Assembly (NCBI GenBank): GCA_038227875.1
Contig: JBBRPR010000021.1
Span: 1 to 64,000, forward strand
Direction of reading: 5' to 3'
Length of the DNA: 64,000 nucleotides
Source of the DNA: Planctomycetota bacterium
GTDB lineage: Bacteria > Planctomycetota > SZUA-567 > H5-PLA8
The notes beneath the pieces were generated by a model. The model was given only the letters and a program-made list of their open reading frames with translations, did no database searches and had not been told where the DNA came from. Shown here one piece after another: positions 48,848-57,578 of the stretch. The stretch's first letter is position 1; every line of letters begins with the position of its first letter. A program made the position numbers and the translations under genes.

Positions 48848-49792
48848 ATGTCCTACGTACCTCCCCCACCAGGCACCACCAAGCTTGGCGAACCCACGCC
48901 CGAAGGTGTCGCCAAGCAAAATGTCCACATCGCCGATTTGCCCGCGGAAGTGCGACGCAGCTTCCTGCTCTCGATGGTCTTCTTTCCGACCATCGTCGGC
49001 GCGACCGTCTGCCTGATTCTGTTCCTCGGTTACTACGCAGTCTTCAAGCCCAAGAACCCGTTTCAGTACTCGGTGGAGTTGCGTTCGACCGACGCCCGCC
49101 GGCGCTGGATGGCCGCGCGCGAATTGTCGGAGAACATCGGCAAGGACAGCATCTACACGCACGACACGCTGGTCGTACTGATCGAGATTCTCCAGAACGC
49201 CGACCTTGACAAGGAAGTCGCCGCGTGGACGCCATCGGCGGCGATCAAGGACGCCGACGAAAAACAATCGCGCCTGCGCTGGTGGGCTGCGCCGATGGTC
49301 GGGCATTTTGCCGCCAAGCTCCCCGATCAGGCTGATAAGGACGCGGGCCTCCAGGCGCTGCTCAAGGCGCTCGACGACAAAGACATCGCCCTCTTCGCCG
49401 CGAAGGGTTTGAGCCTGCTGAAGGATCCGCGCGCCAAAGACGCACTGGTGAAGCAACTGACTGAAAACAAAGACCCCGGCGTCCGGACCACTGCTGCCCA
49501 CGCGCTGGGTGCCACGGCATATTTCGTGCTCTCCAATCCGCCGAAGGACGGCAATTCCGGCGACGTGGACACTTATCTTGCACCGCTCCGCAAAGCGTTC
49601 GAGACCGAGAAGGACGCTGACGTCCTGGACAACATCGCCATCGCGCTGGCCTCGGTGGGCGATCCGCTCGGCAAAGATCGGCTCGAAGCCCTGACCAAGA
49701 GCGACGATACCGTCGCCCGCCAGACCGCTCGATCCGCCCTCGAGATTCTCGCCGGCACACGCAAGCCGCAAACGACCGCGGTGATGCCGTAG
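48848..49792 (+). CDS. Membrane-anchored HEAT-repeat protein
   Basis: One TM; DPGVRTTAAHALG, NIAIALASVGD, ARQTARSAL. Confidence 0.8.
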   Translation: MSYVPPPPGTTKLGEPTPEGVAKQNVHIADLPAEVRRSFLLSMVFFPTIVGATVCLILFLGYYAVFKPKNPFQYSVELRSTDARRRWMAARELSENIGKDSIYTHDTLVVLIEILQNADLDKEVAAWTPSAAIKDADEKQSRLRWWAAPMVGHFAAKLPDQADKDAGLQALLKALDDKDIALFAAKGLSLLKDPRAKDALVKQLTENKDPGVRTTAAHALGATAYFVLSNPPKDGNSGDVDTYLAPLRKAFETEKDADVLDNIAIALASVGDPLGKDRLEALTKSDDTVARQTARSALEILAGTRKPQTTAVMP

Positions 49793-50618
49793 GGTTTATG
49801 GCTCACGAATGACTTGCAATTTCACACAAGCTTTATGAACGGTTCATCCCTCGCTCGCGACCGTGAGCGATAATCCCAATGCACTGGTCAGTACGGCAGA
49901 CGATCGCTGCGGAGTGTCCATCACTCCCACCGATTTTCAGACGGGGACCTGATAAAAGTCACACACACACTTCTATTTTGGATTTCATGGATTCAAGCGT
50001 TCTGGAATTTAACCATTAGTCGCAACAAAGTTTAGTGAGAGTTGACTGGAGTTGTGTCCAATGGGCATGAAGTTTGATAAGCAAGTTCAGTCCACTCAAG
50101 CCGGAACGTTGCAGACAGCACCGACACTGTCCTGCAATGTTCCGGCACTATCGACGGGCGGTTCGAGGATTATCCGATGAAAAAGCCGTTTATGCCACTC
50201 TCGGAATTGCTGGGAGGAATTCCAGCGAAATCCGATGTCCCATCTGATGCTCGTCCGATTCAACAGAAGCAAGTTACGAGGTTTCCGTCAGTGCGGATGA
50301 GCGTGCTGGCCAGCACGCTTGATGCCCGGAGTGAGCCCCGCAGGAAACGTAATTGACCGAGAGTCCCGATTCGGTCGCTGTCCGGAATTCATAGCTTCGA
50401 AAATCGTAATTCGGCCCGTTAGGCCTCTTCCGCAATTCCATCCAATACTGCAACCCCATATCGCCAGTCACGTTCGGCACTTTCAATCACTCTGTGCAAA
50501 CCCCGGCATAGGAATTGCCAACATTATATCTGTTGGCCCGGCGGGCGAGCTTCGAGGCACGTTTAAATCGGGTGGATCGACTTTGACCACGCAGATGGAA
50601 GATCAAGGGAGACACGAA

Positions 50619-51347
50619 ATGTCATTGGCACCCATTCATCGCTATATTGGACGCATCATACATCTCATGCGCAAAGAGAAGGGCATGCGTCAGTCTGAAC
50701 TGGCGCTCCTGGCCGGGCTGAAGCAACCCAACCTTTCCCGTATCGAAAACGGGTTAGTCACGCCGCGCCAGGTGACGCTCCAACGAATCGCCCACGCCCT
50801 TTCGGTGGATGTTCAAGAATTCTATAGCGAACAGAAAGTCCAGGAAGTCGAACGCAAATGGGCTGCGTCGCTGGGCCCCAAACATGCCGCCATGATGCTC
50901 GCCGACAAACTCTCGGCGGTGCCCCTTTTCGATGTCGCCCACGGCCGCTCGGTGGAGCTCGACAGTGCCGGCGAACCGCAGGGCCAGCTTGAAGTGGTTC
51001 TGCAGCTTCCCCGTGACAGCGTGCTGGGCGAAAACAAAGCGATGGCTTTGCGAGCGCCCGACGACTCCATGCAGAATTCCGGCGGAGCCGACGATTTCCG
51101 CAAAGATGAGATCTTGATCTTTTCGCTCAACGCTCAGGTTGCGCATGGCGACTTTGGCTTCGTGAAATTCGCAGACCAGTCGTTGTTCCGCAAGGTGGAA
51201 TTCATCGATCAGGAACGCATCCGCCTGGTCCCCTTGAACCGCGGCCTCCCTGAACGCATTGTCACCCGGTCGGAAATCAAATCCATGTGGAAGCTCATCC
51301 GCCACGTACGCAGTCACACCCGGGAAACAATCGGCGCTGGAAAGTGA
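50619..51347 (+). CDS. XRE-family HTH plus S24-like domain regulator (CI/LexA-like)
   Basis: RKEKGMRQSELA..AGL.Q..LSRIENG; ALRAPDDSM; LVPLN; AAGGGAG SD before ATG 50619. Confidence 0.85.
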   Translation: MSLAPIHRYIGRIIHLMRKEKGMRQSELALLAGLKQPNLSRIENGLVTPRQVTLQRIAHALSVDVQEFYSEQKVQEVERKWAASLGPKHAAMMLADKLSAVPLFDVAHGRSVELDSAGEPQGQLEVVLQLPRDSVLGENKAMALRAPDDSMQNSGGADDFRKDEILIFSLNAQVAHGDFGFVKFADQSLFRKVEFIDQERIRLVPLNRGLPERIVTRSEIKSMWKLIRHVRSHTRETIGAGK

Positions 51348-51386
51348 CTTTGGCGCGGCAGCTTGAGAGGCAAGGAGAGGGACGTC

Positions 51387-51761
51387 ATGGCACAAATTAT
51401 CGTTGTTGACGATGAACCCGATATCACTGACATGCTGGATACGATGCTTCGCTTACGAGGTTGGACCGTTAAACGGGCCTCCAACCGTCGCGAAGCACTT
51501 CAAATGGTCCGAGAAGATCCGGAAATCCATATGATTCTGCTGGATTACAATATGCCCGGAATGCGCGCTGAAGACTTCATCGAACAGATCCGGCACCTCA
51601 ATCCCAAACCCAAAATCGTTCTTCTGACCGCTGCTCATAAGGTGGAAGACCGGGCCAAGCAGCTCGACTTGGACTACTTCCTCGCCAAACCGTTTGAAGC
51701 CGACGATATCTATAAAAAGATCAGTGAATGTATCCAGTGCCACGGCGTTTCCACGAATTGA
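51387..51761 (+). CDS. Single-domain response regulator
   Basis: VVDDE, LLDYNMPGM, LTA, LAKPF. Confidence 0.92.
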   Translation: MAQIIVVDDEPDITDMLDTMLRLRGWTVKRASNRREALQMVREDPEIHMILLDYNMPGMRAEDFIEQIRHLNPKPKIVLLTAAHKVEDRAKQLDLDYFLAKPFEADDIYKKISECIQCHGVSTN

Positions 51762-51991
51762 AGTCCATGCGCTCTCGCTTCGGGCCAAGTGGCCCGAAGG
51801 GAGAATCCCGTCTTCTTCTCATGAAGTACGCCCAAAACTCCGCGTCCTGAATTAGTAAGCCGTTAGCGAGAATGACCTTAAGCTGCACAACCCCGCAGTC
51901 GAAAAAGAATGCGGGGTTGTGCGTTCATGGTGCACAAGAAGGTCTACACTCGCTTGCAAATTCGGGAGGCGCGCCTAAGATCAGTCCGTTC

Positions 51992-54900
51992 ATGATGAAA
52001 TGCGATTTCCGAGATCCTTCTCGGCACCCCGCTCCGCTGAGCGAACTGGCGGCGCTGCTTCTGGTTATGATGTTGGCTTACGCCGCATCAACCGGACGTG
52101 CATGGTCGGGTGAGACGCCGCCTGCTCCGCCGCCACCCAAGACTCCGCCACCGCTGGCCGCGCCCACGACCGAACCCGGTCCGGACGGTATGCCTCCGCC
52201 CAAACCGCGCAAGCCCGAAGACATTCAGGGCATGACGTGGAACGCCGTCCATATGTCACTCGATAAGGATCGCAATGCCTTCATTCTAAACGGCAGCGCG
52301 GTGCTTAGCTACCAGGGCGTGAAACTCGAAGCCGACAACATCGTGCTCTTCCGCGACACCAAGGAAATCTACGCGGAAGGCAATGTCCGCATGCGGTTGG
52401 GCGAATCCGAAATGTCGGCCGAAGCGGCGTATATCGACGGCTTGAACACCACCGGCTACATGGTCGATGCCGTGGTCCGCGTCTCGGGCAGTAAGGAAGA
52501 TCTGAAGAAGTTCAAGTCCGTCGCGCCGAAGACCAAGGCCGGTGACCAGCCCGCTCCGCCGCCGAAGGAAGACAACACCACCTCGCCGCCGGAACCCAAG
52601 AAGACCGCCAGTGGCGAACCGGAAGCCGCACCGATTGAAAACCGCAGCTTTCTCCGCACCCGCGACCCCTACGGCACGTACGTCAACGTCGCCGACGATC
52701 CGCAGGCGCGCACCAATCTGATCATGAAAGCGGAGAAGGTCATCCTTCACGGCAAAGAGCACATCACCGCCGAAAATGCCTTCGCCACCAACGACGACAT
52801 GGCCCATCCTCTTTACGGCGTGCAGTCGCAGCAGCTCGATTACTTCATGAAGGAAGTACCCGTTCCCCACGAAGCCGGCAAGACGCAGATGGTACCCGAC
52901 AAGGTTGTGGCCAAGGGCGCAACGATCCAGATTTACGGCGTCAGCCTCTTTCCTTTCCCAACCATTACGTACGACCTGCAAAAGAAGAATGCCTTCACGC
53001 AGGCGCATTTTGGAAATTCCAGCCGCTTCGGTTACTTTGCGCTCACCCGCATCGGCTACGGCCTGGGCGGCGACGAGAAGAAACTCTTCGATCCACAGCA
53101 CGTCTACTTCGATCTTGATGAACGCAGCCGCCGCGGTCCAGCCGTGGGCTTCGACATGGATTGGGAAACCGGACGCCGGCCTGTTGAACAGGAAGCCGAT
53201 CAGAGCAAGTTCGACCGTGGTCTGGGACACGTTCGTTTCTACGGCATCGAAGAAATTCAGACGTCCACGTACGACGACGTGGTCCGTGCGCGCCGCGATC
53301 TGGAACGGCGCATCGAACCGAAGGTCGACGGATTTCCGATGCGCACGTACGATCCGAATCAGCTGTTCATGCACCGCCGCCGCGCCGAAGACGCGGGGCC
53401 TCCGAGCCTCGATCTGATCGAATACGCCGGCAAGTTCCGCGGCATGTTCGCCGTGCAGCAGCATCAGCCGCTCAAACGCTTTGCGGGCATCGACAACCTG
53501 CTGCTGGATTTCAAATTTGAACGCGATTCGGACCGCGATTTCAAGCTGGAGTACTTCGAGAAAAACTACCTGCGCGAGAACCAGCCCGAAGGGCTGTTTT
53601 CCGCGCGCAAAGCCAGCGACAACTACTCGATGGAGTTACTCTACCGCGGCAACACTCAGAACTTTGACGGCGCCCCGGCCCGCAGCCCCTACGACTACGG
53701 CACATTCACCAGCTACGAACCCGGGCTGACCTACTCGCTGGTCACGACGCCGCTGGCCTACGGCATCTACATGGATTCCGAATTGCAGGGCGCGCGTCTC
53801 AAGCGAGACTTCGATCGCGTCATTTACGATCAGAACAGTTTCGAAGCCGACCGCGCTTACGGCATCGTCGACTTCTCCCGCCCAATCAAAGTCGGCTCGG
53901 TCAACTTCGTGCCGCATTTGGGCGGGCAGCAGCAGGTTTACGATCAGACCCGCACCAGCAGCGGCGGCGGACCGCAGGGCGCACTGACGTATGGCATGGA
54001 CATGACCACGCGCTACTATGGACTCTTTCCGGACCTCGAAAACGATGCCCTGGGCCTGCAGGGCATGCGGCATATCATCGAACCGCGTATCTCCTACCGC
54101 GGCGTCTCGGACACCGAATCCCACGCCAAGGACTTGCTTGACTTCGACCGCATCGACGACCTATACCGTCAGGACAAGATCACCTTCGCCATCGATCAGG
54201 TGGCGCAGACCAAGCGCGTCACTGAAAACGGCACGCGCACCTATAACTTCGCCGGCTTGAACATGGCCGTGGATGCGCTGCCCAACCCGCGCGATCAGAA
54301 CCGCCTCAATGACGGCTACGCGCTGGACCTGATGCATCTCGACGGCTTCCTGCGCGTGATGGAAGTGTTGAAGCTCAACGCGTCCATGGGTGTGGCCATC
54401 GAGACCAAGGAATTGCAGCAGGCGGTCTTCGGCATCGAAATCGATCCGCACACGCGCTGGCGCCTGAAGCTTGAAGACCGCTTCAACTACGGCAGCGACA
54501 AGCGCAAGATTCTCGGCTCCGATCAGTACGAACTGTCGTTCTCGTACCGCCTGAGCGAACGCTGGTCGGCGAACCTGACGGAAATCGTCGAACGCCGCAA
54601 GTCGCTGCAGGCTTCCAAAGGCCGCCAGCTGGAACGCATCGGCTTTACGCGCAGCTATGGCTCGTTCGACGGCACGTTCACTTACTCGCAGGACCGCAAC
54701 AACCGGGATCACTCGACGTACTTCACCGTGCAGCCCGCGGTCGTCTACCGCAATGTGATCGTGCCTTCGCAGGACCTGCTCGTGCCGTCTGCGGAAGTTT
54801 CGGACACCGGCGAATCGCCGGAAGAACGCAATTTCGATCCGTTCGATCTTTTGAAGCAGCGCAACAAGGCCAAGAAGAAGAACAACCTCGGCCCCAGCAA

Positions 54901-55141
54901 GGCCAACGAAAACGCGCCGGTGCCGCCGCCTCCGCCCAAGGAAGAAGACGTCCCCGCACCGCCGCCACCCGATCAGCAGCGCGCCAATGCTCCAGAGAAA
55001 GGCAGCCGCGACACGGCAGCTGTCGGCAGCTTCTCGGATCCGCGCAAGGACGACGCGCCGCCGGCCCGGACTCAGGCAAAGAAGTCTGTCGACGATGACG
55101 ACTGGACCTCGCCGGCCGCGACGCCAGCCAGTACGCGCTGA
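51992..55141 (+). CDS. LptD-like outer-membrane assembly protein
   Basis: OstA-like N-terminus (LEADNIVL...IYAEGNV.M), GMRHIIEPRISY, FDRIDDL, amphipathic strands. Confidence 0.7.
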   Translation: MMKCDFRDPSRHPAPLSELAALLLVMMLAYAASTGRAWSGETPPAPPPPKTPPPLAAPTTEPGPDGMPPPKPRKPEDIQGMTWNAVHMSLDKDRNAFILNGSAVLSYQGVKLEADNIVLFRDTKEIYAEGNVRMRLGESEMSAEAAYIDGLNTTGYMVDAVVRVSGSKEDLKKFKSVAPKTKAGDQPAPPPKEDNTTSPPEPKKTASGEPEAAPIENRSFLRTRDPYGTYVNVADDPQARTNLIMKAEKVILHGKEHITAENAFATNDDMAHPLYGVQSQQLDYFMKEVPVPHEAGKTQMVPDKVVAKGATIQIYGVSLFPFPTITYDLQKKNAFTQAHFGNSSRFGYFALTRIGYGLGGDEKKLFDPQHVYFDLDERSRRGPAVGFDMDWETGRRPVEQEADQSKFDRGLGHVRFYGIEEIQTSTYDDVVRARRDLERRIEPKVDGFPMRTYDPNQLFMHRRRAEDAGPPSLDLIEYAGKFRGMFAVQQHQPLKRFAGIDNLLLDFKFERDSDRDFKLEYFEKNYLRENQPEGLFSARKASDNYSMELLYRGNTQNFDGAPARSPYDYGTFTSYEPGLTYSLVTTPLAYGIYMDSELQGARLKRDFDRVIYDQNSFEADRAYGIVDFSRPIKVGSVNFVPHLGGQQQVYDQTRTSSGGGPQGALTYGMDMTTRYYGLFPDLENDALGLQGMRHIIEPRISYRGVSDTESHAKDLLDFDRIDDLYRQDKITFAIDQVAQTKRVTENGTRTYNFAGLNMAVDALPNPRDQNRLNDGYALDLMHLDGFLRVMEVLKLNASMGVAIETKELQQAVFGIEIDPHTRWRLKLEDRFNYGSDKRKILGSDQYELSFSYRLSERWSANLTEIVERRKSLQASKGRQLERIGFTRSYGSFDGTFTYSQDRNNRDHSTYFTVQPAVVYRNVIVPSQDLLVPSAEVSDTGESPEERNFDPFDLLKQRNKAKKKNNLGPSKANENAPVPPPPPKEEDVPAPPPPDQQRANAPEKGSRDTAAVGSFSDPRKDDAPPARTQAKKSVDDDDWTSPAATPASTR

Positions 55142-55245
55142 TTGCACAATCGTTAAGCGCGCTGAAGTGCACCATTGATTCCGACGTCCAAGCGGCTACG
55201 CTAGTCCTCCGTCGCTTGGTTCTTGTTAGGGATTGGGAGCAGACC

Positions 55246-56673
55246 ATGAGCCCCGTGAACGACTCACTGACATCCCGGGCGATGCTCTGCGCTGCCTTGC
55301 TGCTGCTGCCAGCTGGCGCGAATTCCGTGGTCCACGCCGCATCCGCCGAAATCATCGAGCCGACCGATCCCACGCCTGCTCCGCCGCCGCCCGTTCCCAT
55401 CGCGCCGCCCGCGACAGCCACTCCGACGGCACCGAAAGCTACCGATCCCGCTGGCACCACCGACACTGCAGGCCCGCAGCTCACGGAAGCTCCGCCGGAA
55501 AATCCGCCGGTACAACCGACCACGCCGCCGCTGGAACCACCGAAATCCACTCAAGCCGTGACGCGCATGCCCATTACCGTCAACGAACCAGACTTCAAAG
55601 CGACGGCAGTCTTTCCTGTGACGCCCGTGCCAAAACTCGACCAGGATACACGCCCGGTCAAGGAAGTAGCCAAGCCCAAGCACCGCGAATTCATAGTACC
55701 ACAGGAAGACGGCGTGTCGGAAACGACCGTACCGGTCGACGACAAGGGCGATGCCTCCAAGAAGGACGCGGAAGAAATCAGCCCGTTGCTGGCCAATGCA
55801 ATTGCCAAAGAACGCAGTGGAAAGAAGTTCAAAGACATCCTGCCGCTCTTCCAGCAGGTGGTGACCGCTGAACCGGAAAACGCGGAAGCGCATTACCGCC
55901 TCGGATTGCTGATGCACAAATCCGGCAATCTCAAGACCGGCATCCAGGAGTTGGAAGCCGCATTGAAGCTCAGGCCCAACAACAACAAGTACCGCTGCGA
56001 TTTCGGTCTGCTGGTATTGCAAGCCGGCTGGGTCGAAAAGGCGCTCAGCTCCTGCCGCGCCGCCGCGCAGGCCGCGCCGGCCGTGGCGCGTTACCAGAGC
56101 GCCCTGGGCGATGTGCTGATCGCCGCGGGCGATCTCCAGTCGGCAGTGGAAGTCTACACGCGCGCCGTCAGTCTCGAGCCCAAGAATGCCGAGTACCTGC
56201 ACAATCTGGGCAAGGCCTTTCTGCTCGGCCGCGCTTACAAGCGCGCTGGTGAAGTCATCGACGAAGCCATCCATTTGCGCCCGGACTACGCACCATACTA
56301 CTGTTCACGCGGTCTGGTTTTTCAAAGCGACAAGGGCATGAAGGACGCCATTCGGTCCTACCTGATCGCGATCAAACTTGACAAGGACAATGCTTACGCG
56401 CACTACCTGCTGGCCGGTTGCTACAGCGATGCCGACGACCCGACCTATACCAATCGCTTCGAAGCCTTCGACCATGCGGAGAAGGCCGTCAAGCTCACCG
56501 AAGGCAAAAACCCGCAATATTTGATGGGACTGGCTCGTGTCTACCGGTTGCAGCGTAACTGGGATGGCGCGATTTCCACCGCGTCCCACGCCATCGAAAT
56601 TCAGCCCCGCGAAGACTGGCGGCAGGAACTGGCCGAATTCCAGCGGTTGAGAAACGAAGGACACGAGAAGTAA
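55246..56673 (+). CDS. Secreted TPR protein with Pro/Thr-rich N terminus
   Basis: Signal peptide; AEAHYRLG, AEYLHNLG, AYAHYLLA repeats. Confidence 0.85.
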   Translation: MSPVNDSLTSRAMLCAALLLLPAGANSVVHAASAEIIEPTDPTPAPPPPVPIAPPATATPTAPKATDPAGTTDTAGPQLTEAPPENPPVQPTTPPLEPPKSTQAVTRMPITVNEPDFKATAVFPVTPVPKLDQDTRPVKEVAKPKHREFIVPQEDGVSETTVPVDDKGDASKKDAEEISPLLANAIAKERSGKKFKDILPLFQQVVTAEPENAEAHYRLGLLMHKSGNLKTGIQELEAALKLRPNNNKYRCDFGLLVLQAGWVEKALSSCRAAAQAAPAVARYQSALGDVLIAAGDLQSAVEVYTRAVSLEPKNAEYLHNLGKAFLLGRAYKRAGEVIDEAIHLRPDYAPYYCSRGLVFQSDKGMKDAIRSYLIAIKLDKDNAYAHYLLAGCYSDADDPTYTNRFEAFDHAEKAVKLTEGKNPQYLMGLARVYRLQRNWDGAISTASHAIEIQPREDWRQELAEFQRLRNEGHEK

Positions 56674-56822
56674 CGACCTGACTTCCCGCCCTACCGGCAC
56701 TTTTTTCTTACAAATCGCGTCATATTTCAAATTCTGTGTCTACTTTTATGAGACAGAATCGAACACTATTCAGCATTCGCGCGTATTAAGAAGTGCATCG
56801 GAAGAAAAGGAAGAGATTACGC

Positions 56823-57521
56823 ATGACCGTACCGCAAGCGTTCCATTCCCAGCGCAAATCCAACCCGGCCTTTACGTTGATCGAACTGCTGGTGGTCATT
56901 GCCATAATTGGCGTGCTGGCGGCGCTGCTTTTGCCAGTGCTGGGAAAAGCGCGCGAGTCGGCCCGGCGCATCTCCTGTGCGAACAACCTCGGTCAGCTGG
57001 GCAAAGGTCTGGCACTCTATGCGGAAGTACCGGCTTGGGCGTGTTTCCCCACCAACAAACTCAATGCCCGTGGAGACCCACTGACATCGTTTGGAATTCT
57101 CTACCGCGACTACGTCGCGGACTTCCGGATCTTCTCGTGCGCGTCAAAACCGACCATAGCTCAATTGTCGACGTTGACGCCAGTCATCGCCGGCACGCCC
57201 GCCGCTACGCCGTTAAATGCCACCATGACGCATTATGGTTACGATCCAGGGAACCAGGGCACCAAGAACTCTCCGCACACGACGTCGGAATCGATGGCTG
57301 TCGTTGCGGCCGACATGCAGGGCACGAGCAACAACTCCGACAATCACGGCCCCAACGCCGGACAGAACTGTCTGCTTGCGGCGGGAAGCGTGGAGTGGCG
57401 CGACACAAATCAGTCGATTATTGCCACGGGATCGCCAACGATTACAGACACCAACATCTATGCCGACGGGGATCTCGGCGACGTCAATTGGAATCCGATG
57501 AAGAGCTTCGTCGGCCAGTAA
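56823..57521 (+). CDS. Prepilin-type N-terminal cleavage/methylation protein (DUF1559-like)
   Basis: [41 protein letters not shown]. Confidence 0.9.
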   Translation: MTVPQAFHSQRKSNPAFTLIELLVVIAIIGVLAALLLPVLGKARESARRISCANNLGQLGKGLALYAEVPAWACFPTNKLNARGDPLTSFGILYRDYVADFRIFSCASKPTIAQLSTLTPVIAGTPAATPLNATMTHYGYDPGNQGTKNSPHTTSESMAVVAADMQGTSNNSDNHGPNAGQNCLLAAGSVEWRDTNQSIIATGSPTITDTNIYADGDLGDVNWNPMKSFVGQ

Positions 57522-57578
57522 GACAGCCGACCTTCAGGCCCCGGGGCCATAAGGTCACACACGTACAACAGCGGTCCG

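Noticed and set aside
49800..51761. Prophage immunity region
   Set aside because: No cro-like, integrase, replication or structural genes.
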